IMG/VR virus record: IMGVR_UViG_3300049795_000015
Location: 1-53,319 of that record
Strand: one strand, 5' to 3'
Length of the DNA: 53,319 nucleotides
DNA from: a virus
Lineage: Duplodnaviria > Caudoviricetes
In this document: positions 1-9,072 of the stretch, one piece after another
Layout of the letters: every line of letters starts with the position of its first letter
Numbering within the stretch: position 1 is the first letter of the stretch
Notes under the pieces: model-generated
The model's input: only the letters and a program-made list of their open reading frames with translations
Told to the model about the DNA's origin: nothing
Databases searched by the model: none
Made by a program: the position numbers and the translations under genes

Positions 1-242
1 TCAGGCGCTACCCTCACCACGCTGACAGTCAGGCGCTACCCTCACCACGCTGACAGTCAGGCGCTACCCTCACCACGCTGACAGTCAGGCGCTACCCTCA
101 CCACGCTGACAGTCAGGCGCTACCCTCCCCAGGCTGACAGTCAGGCGCTACCCTCCCCAGGCTGACAGTCAGGCGCTACCCTCACCACGCTGACAGTCAG
201 GCGCTACCCTCACCACGCTGACAGTCAGGCGCTACCCTCACC
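1..242. repeat. 28-bp tandem repeat array, ~8.6 copies (TCAGGCGCTACCCTCACCACGCTGACAG); continues from window end
   Basis: Head-to-tail units with no spacers; copies 5-6 are the variant ...CTCCCCAGGCTGACAG; unit junction forms palindrome CTGACAGTCAG. Confidence 0.97.
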
Positions 243-484
243 TATCGCAACGCCTATGTGGCTTGAGCACAGGCCCGTAGCGAGGTTTAAACGGCTTAGT
301 GGTCACTACCCTATGTGGCGGCTTTACGCGTTGCCCGTGGGCGTTGTGCCGCGATACGCGCTAAGCGGTCCTATCGCGTCGCTACGCTGCGCATTACTAA
401 TCATGCTATGGCGCCCTTGCTTCCGTCGTGATCGTGCCGTAGCGGGGTCAGGGCGTTGCTTGTAACGCGGGTTTTGGGTGAAGC

Positions 485-631
485 GGGTCCCTCTTCAGGG
501 GGCAAAACAGTCGCGGGGGGCGCTGAGCGCGGTAAGAGACAATTTTTATTTTTTAGTTGCCTAGGTGCAACGTTACAAGCAACGAAATACGGAGAGGCCC
601 TTTTTCCGACTTTCTGGGTTTCGTTGCTTGT
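485..631 (+). other. Putative lambda-like cos packaging site (cosQ-like 485-491, cosN ~516-527, cosB-like repeats)
   Basis: GGGTCCC lies 24 bp before a GC-rich 12-mer flanked by CGCG on both sides (lambda: cosQ GGGTCCT, then cg|GGGCGGCGACCT|cgcgg); repeated CGTTGCTTGT motifs at 454-467, 571-587 (inverted) and 619-631; lambda-type GpA terminase is encoded. Confidence 0.65.
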
Positions 632-684
632 TGGCAATAAAATGCGCCATGTGACGAATGTGATGGTTTTTCTTCGATCAAGTC

Positions 685-807
685 GGGTACCCCATACGGT
701 GTAAATTAGTACACTATTATTAATACTGCTATTACACAACACATTTATGCTACTATGCGTTAGTAATAATAATAATAGTGTACTAATTTACACCCTAGTG
801 GGTACCC
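685..807. repeat. AT-rich long inverted repeat
   Basis: Perfect 25-bp arms at 698-722 and 770-794 (GGTGTAAATTAGTACACTATTATTA), extended imperfectly by GGGTACCC; 47-bp loop. Confidence 0.9.
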
Positions 808-870
808 AATAGGAATGAAGAAAAAGTATCACATTTAGGGGTAAAACCATCACATGAAAGGTTACTAGAT

Positions 871-1479
871 ATGAAGATTTTGCAAAACTTGGAAGAAATT
901 CGGGCTGAAATTCGAAAAATGTTCGCGGCAAAAGCGGGAAAAGTGTTACTAGATGAGGTGGCGCTGGCCGAAGAACTAGGTACGTTTTGGCGAGATACGC
1001 TGTCAATCGAGGTTGACCACTGTTGCGGTGAAACTTCACCGTACCGCCCAAAAAGTATCCGAAACACGGAAACGGGCCAATTGTTTCTAGAAATACCCGC
1101 CCCATCGGCCCCTGCGAAACCAGTTCCGGGCGACACTTGGACCCTAGAACGGCGGGTTTTGAAGCCGGCGTCACCCCGCGCCCGCGTCGATGCACTACTG
1201 GAACTCTTGAAAGCGCCGGAAGAGGGTTTGTTACTCGACGCTGAAGAAATAGGTCTCTCTGCCGCGACAATGCGGGCATCCGTGCATGCGCTCAGTCAAG
1301 GCACGGCGTTTTCGTACTCGGTGCGGGCTTTGGACAGCGCAGGGCGCTACTTGGAAGTGATCGCGTACCCGAAAGGGCGGGCGGTAGACGTGCGGTACAG
1401 GTCGGAAAAAGTAAAGGCCGAAGTATTGGCTAAATACTTGGCCTTGAAAGGGGAAGAAGACGACGGACTAGGGCTGTGA
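871..1479 (+). CDS. Hypothetical protein
   Basis: 202-aa ORF with protein-like composition and acidic C-terminus. Confidence 0.7.
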   Translation: MKILQNLEEIRAEIRKMFAAKAGKVLLDEVALAEELGTFWRDTLSIEVDHCCGETSPYRPKSIRNTETGQLFLEIPAPSAPAKPVPGDTWTLERRVLKPASPRARVDALLELLKAPEEGLLLDAEEIGLSAATMRASVHALSQGTAFSYSVRALDSAGRYLEVIAYPKGRAVDVRYRSEKVKAEVLAKYLALKGEEDDGLGL

Positions 1480-1752
1480 ATACTTCCGGCCCCAGTACCA
1501 CGACGGCGGATTAGCCAGTGCGCCATACAGCCACTCACACGCGCGCACTGCTTCACTCAATACCTCGGGATCGCCCCCCGTATAATCGTGAATCGTCTTC
1601 ACGAGACCCGGTTTATCGACCAAGGTCTGCACTTGGGCGTCGATCGCCACATGGTTATCATCGCGGAAGGCGTTTAGACGCGGCACTGTCGCTTTAAGTT
1701 CTAGCAACGCCTTGATTTCGATTTTTATTTCACTATCCTTGCGCATTTCCAT
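1468..1752 (-). CDS. Hypothetical protein
   Basis: 94-aa ORF, AGGAG upstream, last gene of the leftward operon. Confidence 0.7.
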   Translation of the reverse strand: MEMRKDSEIKIEIKALLELKATVPRLNAFRDDNHVAIDAQVQTLVDKPGLVKTIHDYTGGDPEVLSEAVRACEWLYGALANPPSWYWGRKYSQP

Positions 1753-1759
1753 CTCCTAG

Positions 1760-2107
1760 TCACAACATAAAATCGCTACGGATGCGCCACAACTCCGTCG
1801 CCTGACACGCGGACCCCGGTTGCCCGAACACGTCGGACAAACCGGACGTAGCGCATAGCACACGAACAAGGTGCGGGTTTTCCGCGATGTACTGATCCCA
1901 CAACGACGCGTAATACTCGCGCACTTCACGTTGGTTGACGCCAGCGCGGCCCTTCGGATTTCGGCCTACGTCACCATTTTCGAATTTCTTCGCACCCTGG
2001 TATAAATCTTCAATCGACTTGCCGCCGACCTTCGCGTAGAACGCGCTGAAACGTTTGTCGCCCTTGCTGCTGCATTCGAGGTAAGGCGCTTCGCCGTGGC
2101 GGATCAC
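1760..2107 (-). CDS. NADAR-like protein (putative ADP-ribosyl hydrolase)
   Basis: LECSSKGDKRFSAF...SIEDLYQGAKKF resembles NADAR/DarT1-antitoxin motifs; GTG start overlaps the upstream stop (GTGA). Confidence 0.5.
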   Translation of the reverse strand: MIRHGEAPYLECSSKGDKRFSAFYAKVGGKSIEDLYQGAKKFENGDVGRNPKGRAGVNQREVREYYASLWDQYIAENPHLVRVLCATSGLSDVFGQPGSACQATELWRIRSDFML

Positions 2108-2535
2108 AGCGCCCACAACGCAGCGCGGTATTTCATAGCGGCGATGCACAAGGCGTGCGCCGGCCGCAGCTTACAGCCGTCGCGATGGTGCCAAAATTGA
2201 CGCGCCACACCCGGCAACCAGAACCGAAGACCGACACAGGTGAAGGTCTCGCCGTCCGGCGTGCCCGTCACGGTCATCTCGTAGTCGCCGTTACGCGGCA
2301 GGAGGGTCAAGGCGGCGTCGAACACGGACGTATAGAGGGGCGTCGTCTCCGCGATCAACGGAAGCCCACGGTGCGCTTCGTAGGCGCTCTCGTAGTCATG
2401 TTTCAGTTCGTGCTGCCGGAAGGACGCACTGCAGTGCCCGTAGTCGAACTGCACGTGGCGGGCGATCTTCAAGTCCAGGTCGCGACTTGCTTCTTCGGCG
2501 CTGACTAATTGAATCAGTACATCTTCGACACTCAT
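2104..2535 (-). CDS. Hypothetical phage protein
   Basis: 143-aa ORF, ATGA-coupled to the upstream gene; motifs SRDLDLKIA and PLYTSVFDAALTLLP. Confidence 0.75.
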   Translation of the reverse strand: MSVEDVLIQLVSAEEASRDLDLKIARHVQFDYGHCSASFRQHELKHDYESAYEAHRGLPLIAETTPLYTSVFDAALTLLPRNGDYEMTVTGTPDGETFTCVGLRFWLPGVARQFWHHRDGCKLRPAHALCIAAMKYRAALWAL

Positions 2536-3239
2536 AGTTCATCTCCCTGATAGGTACCCCAGGTAGCGGCCATTGCGTCCGCCATCCCGAGGTAGGTTGT
2601 GCTACGAAGTTTCCAACGGTCTTTACTCGGCCCGAGGTTGTTCTGACCGCTTGGGGTTTGATTCGCCCAAATTGCTTTTGCAGGCAGATCGCCGAAGCAA
2701 TTCGGGCATCCGTACTCGCCTGCGGTTTCCGGGAAACGTTCTCCGCACCGGCAACGATAGGTGGGCGGTACTATTTTCGTAGGAACTAGCAACGGAAGGT
2801 TCTTTAACCAGAAACAAGTGCTTTTTGAGGCGTCGTCGCCGAACATCCACGGCTGTACGCATTGGTCGGCCGGCCGAATGCGCGTTCCGATACACCCTAT
2901 CGGGTTTTCGAGTGCGATCTTCGGAATGTTGGCGTCAAGCAGTAGCTGTACGAATTCGAGGGCGGTTTCGGTTTGGGCGCCGCCGAAGCGCGGACTCTTC
3001 GGGTTTTGATTCCAATGCAAACCGCTAGAGCAGAGAAAGGTGCAGTCAGGGTGTGCGACCATGCCGTCCCATTCTTGATCGATAATATCGCGTACATCAC
3101 CTCGGTAGTGCGGCCCCGGTACGTCAGTAGGTAGCAGATCGCAGCTCATGGCGTCATGCCCGTGGCGGATGAAGGCATCGCGCACACGCCCGCTGTATTC
3201 GCAGGCAATAAGCCATCTCTCTCTCTCTCTCTTAGCCAT
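2532..3239 (-). CDS. DNA cytosine methyltransferase-like protein
   Basis: LIACEYSG..RDAF, SCDLLP, HPDCT (PC-like catalytic motif), ENP motif; Cys-cluster insert CRC..CPNC. Confidence 0.7.
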   Translation of the reverse strand: MAKRERERWLIACEYSGRVRDAFIRHGHDAMSCDLLPTDVPGPHYRGDVRDIIDQEWDGMVAHPDCTFLCSSGLHWNQNPKSPRFGGAQTETALEFVQLLLDANIPKIALENPIGCIGTRIRPADQCVQPWMFGDDASKSTCFWLKNLPLLVPTKIVPPTYRCRCGERFPETAGEYGCPNCFGDLPAKAIWANQTPSGQNNLGPSKDRWKLRSTTYLGMADAMAATWGTYQGDEL

Positions 3240-3257
3240 CAGTGTTCCTCTTCGCGG

Positions 3258-5879
3258 TCACAGACCATCTCCTGTTTCGTCCAACACCGTGAACGGATCG
3301 CCAACGCCTTCGACGACAGCAAGACGATGACCTTTGTACTTCGAAACGCCTGAATGATTTACGCGCAACACGCCAAGAGACTCCACGGCGTTGTAGAATT
3401 TGTTGCGGCCCAAAGGCTGTCCGGCGTATTCCCAGTGGCGCATCCACTCCATATAGCAGGAGTAGACATCGCTGACCGCCACGTCGTTGTCTGCGTCTGC
3501 GATCAACATTTGCGTCTTGAAGCGCACCAGGGCGTTTGCGTTTGACATCAGGCGCTCACGAGCGCTCAAGCATTCGGCAGGTACGGAGAACACGCTGCCG
3601 CGACGCAGGAAGCGTTGAAAGCCGGCGATGAACAGGTTCAGCACGCCGGGGAGTTCGTCACGCAAGATCGTGATACGGTGCAGGGGGCTTTTCTCCCCCG
3701 GCAGCAGCTTATGGTCGGCTTCGAACGCGATGATGCGGCGCTGCAGACCTTCGGACATATCGGAGGTCGACGGCCACGTGTTCGTCAGGATCACGGGGAT
3801 CGCCCGACCGATAAATTCGAACGTCTTGAGGCCCTTCGGGTTTGCGGTCATCAGCTTGCGTTCGCTGAGTTTCTTCAACCAGTCGTCCGGCAACAAGGTA
3901 TTCGTGCGGAGGTCATCGTCATACAGCATCAGCTTGCCGACAAGCGAATCCTGGAAGTGGGCATTGGCGTTTTTCCCGATTTCGGCGAGGGACACTGCGA
4001 TCACGGATTTAGGCCCCATTAAACTGGACACGATGTCCATTAAAAACGTTTTACCGTTCGACCCCGGCCCCTTGAACATCATCCACATGGCCGCGTCGCG
4101 CGTCGGCTGCAGTAAGTAGCCCATTACCTCACAAAAATGGCGGATCACTTCGGGGGGGTCTGCGGCTTCCTGGAACACGACGTGAAGAGCGTTGCTGAAG
4201 GTCGGGCATTCGCCGAATACGTCGTACTCCGTTGCTAGTTGCGCAGTCAAATTGTGCCGGGGGTCGTGGTCCTTGTAGGTCATTTCACCATCGTCTGCGA
4301 ACCATAACTCGCCATTGGTGCAGTTCATGACGCGAGGCGCTTGAAAGGCGCGCAGATTGAGGGGGTCAGACTCGCTCGATTGCGCGACAAGAGTACGGAG
4401 CACCGAAAAAATTGTGCTGCACAGGGCGTCGAGACGATCGCCTCGGCTTTCTTCGATGTCGCCGAGCAGCTTACGCATTTCATCGCTGTCTTCGCGTTTC
4501 AGGCGCACCAGGGTTTCAAGCACAGCACGGCGTATGATCGTCGCGTCTTCACGCCGCCAGTAGCCTTCCTGATACACCCACCACGTATCCGAGATATTCT
4601 TGACGCGCGACCCCTTGGCGTAGTGCTGTTGGAGCACGCGTGCGGCGAGAACCATCTCAAGTTCTTCGGCGCGCGCAACGGAACGCTCACCTTTTGCATC
4701 GGCAATGGCCTTCGTGATGACGCGAGGACTGACAGCGGCACCAGACAACTTTTTCAGGCGCGTCTGCATTTGTTTGACCAGCACTTCGATGTCGTAGTTG
4801 CTGAGTTCCGCGTGGGCGATTTCACTGACGATATCGCGCATTAGTTCGGCCTCAGATGTTGCCTCGGCCACGCGTGCGCGCAACATGCCTACCTGTTCGG
4901 CTGCGTGTTGTTTGCGGAGTACCTTTGCTTTTTGTAGCAAGGACGCGAAAGTTGTCGGACTCCGACCGTCAGTCAGCGTTGCTTTGTACGAGCCGTCCCA
5001 CCGAGAACGCAACGCGTCGTAGGCGTAGTTGCCGCCTTGCTGTGACCACTCGTCCCACAGATCAAAACCGGATTCGTCGCCGCCGAACTGATGGTAGAGG
5101 GCCATGCCGGTCTTGTTCCATGCTTCGTAATCTTCGAAGTCCTTCAGATCGAACAAGGCCGCACGAATTTCTTGATCGGTGAGAAGTAACGGCTGCTTGA
5201 AGCCAACCGTGAAGTCGTCATCGGTAGCGTCGAAAGGCGCGGTGCGGCTGCTGCTACGCGATCCTTGCAACGTCCATCCGCGCAACGCGGCACGGCGTTC
5301 GAACTCTGATACGATTTCGTGCGCTTGTTCGCGCGAGAGCGACGGTAAGTCGTCAACGTGTATATCGCGCAGGTCGTCGAACGAAATCCATTCGTATGGC
5401 TTCTTCGTATCAGGGTGCGTGCCGTAGCCGACGAACTGCTGGCCCGTGCCGAGCACTTCGACGCGGTGCTTCGCGCCATCAGGCGACACATAGAACGCGG
5501 AAGTCACCTTGGTAAAAGGGGCCTCGGTGCGGAACACGAGAAGGCGTTTCGGCGCCCGACCGACCCGCACAGGCGCATCGCCAGCGAGCGACGACACATA
5601 CGACTCCATCTCGCACGCGAACCCGCCGTCGAGGATATCGAGGTCGACGGCCGGCGTGCGTTCGGTGAGGATGCCGACGTTGCCGTGCGCGTAGCCAGTC
5701 TGCCCTTTCAACGCCGGGTCATCGCTCTTGACGTACGGGCGCGTCCACTTGTCCAGGTGCGAAGGGTCGGCGATCGTTTTTTCCCACTCGTCGAACACAG
5801 GGCCTTTTTTCCCGTGAGGTATCGGGATTATCCGGTAGCCGCGATCTAGCAACGCAGCGCCGATCGATTTGAAGGTCAT
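3258..5879 (-). CDS. DNA primase-helicase (Prim-Pol, PriCT-2, D5_N, SF3 helicase)
   Basis: N-terminal IIPI..KKGP, NVGI, AVDLD; PriCT-2 DYEAW..GMAL..WDEWS; Walker A GPGSNGKT. Confidence 0.92.
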   Translation of the reverse strand: MTFKSIGAALLDRGYRIIPIPHGKKGPVFDEWEKTIADPSHLDKWTRPYVKSDDPALKGQTGYAHGNVGILTERTPAVDLDILDGGFACEMESYVSSLAGDAPVRVGRAPKRLLVFRTEAPFTKVTSAFYVSPDGAKHRVEVLGTGQQFVGYGTHPDTKKPYEWISFDDLRDIHVDDLPSLSREQAHEIVSEFERRAALRGWTLQGSRSSSRTAPFDATDDDFTVGFKQPLLLTDQEIRAALFDLKDFEDYEAWNKTGMALYHQFGGDESGFDLWDEWSQQGGNYAYDALRSRWDGSYKATLTDGRSPTTFASLLQKAKVLRKQHAAEQVGMLRARVAEATSEAELMRDIVSEIAHAELSNYDIEVLVKQMQTRLKKLSGAAVSPRVITKAIADAKGERSVARAEELEMVLAARVLQQHYAKGSRVKNISDTWWVYQEGYWRREDATIIRRAVLETLVRLKREDSDEMRKLLGDIEESRGDRLDALCSTIFSVLRTLVAQSSESDPLNLRAFQAPRVMNCTNGELWFADDGEMTYKDHDPRHNLTAQLATEYDVFGECPTFSNALHVVFQEAADPPEVIRHFCEVMGYLLQPTRDAAMWMMFKGPGSNGKTFLMDIVSSLMGPKSVIAVSLAEIGKNANAHFQDSLVGKLMLYDDDLRTNTLLPDDWLKKLSERKLMTANPKGLKTFEFIGRAIPVILTNTWPSTSDMSEGLQRRIIAFEADHKLLPGEKSPLHRITILRDELPGVLNLFIAGFQRFLRRGSVFSVPAECLSARERLMSNANALVRFKTQMLIADADNDVAVSDVYSCYMEWMRHWEYAGQPLGRNKFYNAVESLGVLRVNHSGVSKYKGHRLAVVEGVGDPFTVLDETGDGL

Positions 5880-6106
5880 TCGCGCGACAGGTCGTCAGCA
5901 GGGGCGAGGTCGGCCCCGAAACGGCTCTCCAGGCCGCGCGCAGTAGTCAAAGGCATGTACCCTTTGTGTATCCAGCGCATGATCGCGTTCACGTTGACGC
6001 CGAGGTTCGGCGCGAGAATTGTAAAGCGCGCGTCAGCGTCGAATCGCAAGGCCAGGGTACGCATACGACGACGCATTAGCTCTTGCCGTTCTTTTTTAGT
6101 AGCCAT
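5876..6106 (-). CDS. Cro-like HTH protein
   Basis: LAPNLGVNVNAIMRWIHKG HTH pattern; sits at a divergent junction. Confidence 0.65.
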   Translation of the reverse strand: MATKKERQELMRRRMRTLALRFDADARFTILAPNLGVNVNAIMRWIHKGYMPLTTARGLESRFGADLAPADDLSRE

Positions 6107-6248
6107 GAGTTGATACTTCCTGTTGTCGTCATTTGGATACTACACATTTCAATTAAACTGCTTGCATTCTATATCGCAATGTGTTTTCATAGCAACTCAG
6201 AAATGAATTTAATTCTGAAACCCACACACTTACTCACGGAGAAAAGCA

Positions 6249-6776
6249 ATGGCCCTCGAAGAACAACTCAACACACTGAACGACAATCTCGCGGCGCTGA
6301 TCGGCGTCTTGATCGCAACCAATGCGATTGCTACAGGCGGCGACAACAAAAGCGCTGCAGCAGCTTCGGCTCCTGCTGCAACAACTGCCGCCGCAGGTAA
6401 GGGCAAGGGCAAGGGCACGCGGCCTAGTGCCGAAGAAGTCGCAGCAAGCACTGCTGCAAGCGCTCCTAAGGTGGAAGCGGCCACCGACGGCTTTGGCGAC
6501 GAGGGCGGGGATGGCGACCCCTTCGGGATGGGTGGAGACGATGATGACGCAATGGGCGGTAACGAGCCTGCTGTAACCCTGGAACAAGTAAAGGCGAAGT
6601 TCCTCGCGCTGCGCGACTTGGCGATCGAGAAGCAGGGCAAGGACGAAGGCATGAAGAACGTTCGCACGCTGATGAACAAGTTCGCACCGAAACTCGACGA
6701 CATCCCGGCCGACAAGTTCGAAGACGCGATCGCGGCCGTCGACAAGGCAACGACCGGCCTCAACAAGAAAAAGTAA
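6249..6776 (+). CDS. Ala/acidic-rich hypothetical replication-module protein
   Basis: GGAGA RBS; precedes the DUF2800 gene as in chi-like phages. Confidence 0.8.
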   Translation: MALEEQLNTLNDNLAALIGVLIATNAIATGGDNKSAAAASAPAATTAAAGKGKGKGTRPSAEEVAASTAASAPKVEAATDGFGDEGGDGDPFGMGGDDDDAMGGNEPAVTLEQVKAKFLALRDLAIEKQGKDEGMKNVRTLMNKFAPKLDDIPADKFEDAIAAVDKATTGLNKKK

Positions 6777-6783
6777 TACCTTC

Positions 6784-6806
6784 TGCCGTCTTCGGACGGC
6801 ATTTTT
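6784..6806 (+). terminator. Rho-independent terminator
   Basis: GCCGTC-TTCG-GACGGC stem-loop plus T-run. Confidence 0.75.
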
Positions 6807-6838
6807 ATGCGTCATCTCCCGCGAGTCGGCGCATAAAA

Positions 6839-8092
6839 ATGAAAACAGAAATTCTCGTTCCCGGTACGCACTCGATCTTTGCCCCCTCATCCGGGCACCG
6901 GATCGTCGTGTGCGGCGCATCGCTTCACGCGACGAAAGATTTGCCGGACGAAGGCAGCTTCGAGGCGATCGAAGGGACAGTCGGACACGAGATACACGAG
7001 AAATGCTTGAAGCAACGCGTCTCGGCAATCGCGTTTCTAGGTACGGTGTACGAAATTCAGGAGCACGGGCGCGACTACCGCATCGAAGTTGACGAAGCAA
7101 TGGCGAACTACATCCAGGAGTCCGTCGATTGGTGCCTTGAGCGCGACGGCGAACACTTCGTCGAAGTGCGGGTCAGGATCGACCAATGGACGCCGATACC
7201 GAATCAGTCAGGCACGTGTGACCACGCGCTGATCTACGTCGACGAGTGGGGCTTCTACGTTCTCGTCATCACTGATTTGAAGTACGGCAAGGGAGTGCAG
7301 GTTTTCGCAGAACGCAACGTGCAGTTGGCGCTCTACGCCCTTGGTTTCATGGACGCGTACGACTGGCTGTATGAGTTCGACCGGATCGAGATTCGCATCT
7401 CACAACCGCGCCTGGATCATCGTGACGTATGGGAGGTGACGGCCGCAGAGTTGTACGCATTCGGAGACTGGATAAAGGGGCGCTTCGCAATCGCGTATGC
7501 GCCGGGAGCGCCGTACAAACCGGAGAAGCACGCATGCCAGTTTTGCAAGCTGAAGCCGCACTGCCCCGCCTTGGCGGAACTGAGCGCGGAAATTTGCGAA
7601 GGTCTGTTCGACGACTTGTCGAGAGACCGCCACAACCCGATGCTGCCGAACACGTGGCCGGAGTTTGCGCCTGACGTGAGCGCCATGACGCCGGCACAAC
7701 TCGGCGCGGTCAATGAACACAAGTCGCTTGTCCTCGGCTTCATGGAGTCGGTTGAACGGCGCATCGTTCACGTTTTGATGCACGAAGGCGAGATGCCAAA
7801 CTGGAAACTGGTCGAGGGGCGTAGTCGCCGTCGATTTACGCAAGAGGCGCAGGCAGTCGCGTATCTAGTTGCGCGTCACGTGCCGATGAATAAGATCAAG
7901 ATTGAAAAAACCATTTCTCCTGCGGTAGCGGAAAAGCTATTGCCGAAGAAAGAAAGAATCGGCCTTGCTGAATTCGTCAGCAAGTCGGTAGGGAAGCCAA
8001 CACTGGTTCCGGCCAGTGACAAGCGACCCAAATTCGCCCTCACGCCGGGTATGTTGTTTGACGACATATCAGACGACGAGGAAATAGAGTGA
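6839..8092 (+). CDS. DUF2800 PD-(D/E)XK (Cas4-like) exonuclease
   Basis: HSIFAPSS..C, GT..HE, GTCD, DLKYG, QLALYALG, CQFC..KPHC, WKLVEGRS. Confidence 0.88.
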   Translation: MKTEILVPGTHSIFAPSSGHRIVVCGASLHATKDLPDEGSFEAIEGTVGHEIHEKCLKQRVSAIAFLGTVYEIQEHGRDYRIEVDEAMANYIQESVDWCLERDGEHFVEVRVRIDQWTPIPNQSGTCDHALIYVDEWGFYVLVITDLKYGKGVQVFAERNVQLALYALGFMDAYDWLYEFDRIEIRISQPRLDHRDVWEVTAAELYAFGDWIKGRFAIAYAPGAPYKPEKHACQFCKLKPHCPALAELSAEICEGLFDDLSRDRHNPMLPNTWPEFAPDVSAMTPAQLGAVNEHKSLVLGFMESVERRIVHVLMHEGEMPNWKLVEGRSRRRFTQEAQAVAYLVARHVPMNKIKIEKTISPAVAEKLLPKKERIGLAEFVSKSVGKPTLVPASDKRPKFALTPGMLFDDISDDEEIE

Positions 8093-8113
8093 ACCCTTGA
8101 AGCGAGTAAAACT

Positions 8114-8734
8114 ATGAACGCAGTAACTAAAACCGCCGACCCTATGGTCATGAAGATCAACAACGTTGTGCTGTCCTACCCCCACTTGTTCGAACCTTAC
8201 AGCGGAGGTCCCGGCGACAACGGGCAACCGCAAAAAGCCAAATACAGCGCCACGTTCCACCTCGATAAGGCGTCGCAGGCCGACCTCATCAAAGCCGTAA
8301 TCGGAAAGATCAAAGAATGTGCCGCGACAACCTGGCCGATCCAACCGGGCAAGAAGCAGTTCCTGCCGCCGTCCGATAAATTGTGTTTGCGCGACGGAGA
8401 CCAGGCGAACGACGAAGAGGTCGAAGGCAAGTGGACGCTGAAGGCATCGGAAATCTCGAAGCCGTATGTCGTTGACCAGCAACGCCGTCCTCTCGCAAGC
8501 GAAGACGACAAGATGTATCCCGGCGCGATCGTCAACCTGGTCGTCCGATTTTGGGGCCAAGACAACAAGTTCGGCAAGCGCGTCAACGCAAATCTCATCG
8601 GCGTGCAGTTCGTGAAAGATGGCGAACGTCTTGCCGGCGTGTCGCGTCCGCAACTCGAAGATGCGTTCGACATGGTTGACGGCGGGGATTACGGCGACGA
8701 CATGAGCGGTAACGACGACGATCCTTTTGCGTAA
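8114..8734 (+). CDS. ssDNA-binding protein (DUF2815)
   Basis: LSYPHLFEP, KYSATF, LRDGD, YPGA, GVQFVKDGE; acidic DDDPFA tail. Confidence 0.88.
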   Translation: MNAVTKTADPMVMKINNVVLSYPHLFEPYSGGPGDNGQPQKAKYSATFHLDKASQADLIKAVIGKIKECAATTWPIQPGKKQFLPPSDKLCLRDGDQANDEEVEGKWTLKASEISKPYVVDQQRRPLASEDDKMYPGAIVNLVVRFWGQDNKFGKRVNANLIGVQFVKDGERLAGVSRPQLEDAFDMVDGGDYGDDMSGNDDDPFA

Positions 8735-8738
8735 CTAG

Positions 8739-8765
8739 GAAGCGGCCTTCGGGCCGTTTCGTTTT
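8739..8765 (+). terminator. Rho-independent terminator
   Basis: GAAGCGGCC-TTCG-GGCCGTTTC plus T-run. Confidence 0.65.
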
Positions 8766-8775
8766 CGGAGGGAGC

Positions 8776-9072
8776 ATGTGTCAATACTGCTTGCTAGACG
8801 ACTATGAGGCGCCGACTATGACAGACGAAATTGCAGAATTCCGAGAGAGGCGCAACGCCGCGCTTAGGACACTAGACATGTCCTTCGCGAGGAAGATGCT
8901 GCCGGCAGCGAGCGACGAAGTTCGTTTGATCGCGATGCACAAGGGCCGTTACGAATGCGTCGACATCGATGCGTCGTTGCGCAAAGAGAGCGAACAATGG
9001 CTTCGCGAACGTAACTATCAACGTATGTACGGCTGCGGCGATTGGCCCACGGACGGCACGCTACCTGAATGA
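8776..9072 (+). CDS. Hypothetical protein
   Basis: GGAGGGAG RBS; ATGA overlap with the polymerase gene. Confidence 0.7.
   Translation: MCQYCLLDDYEAPTMTDEIAEFRERRNAALRTLDMSFARKMLPAASDEVRLIAMHKGRYECVDIDASLRKESEQWLRERNYQRMYGCGDWPTDGTLPE

Noticed and set aside
1-242. CRISPR array
   Set aside because: The 28-bp units are contiguous with no unique spacers, and no cas operon is present.
6839-8092. Cas4 as part of a CRISPR system
   Set aside because: It is the standard DUF2800 nuclease of the phage replication module.
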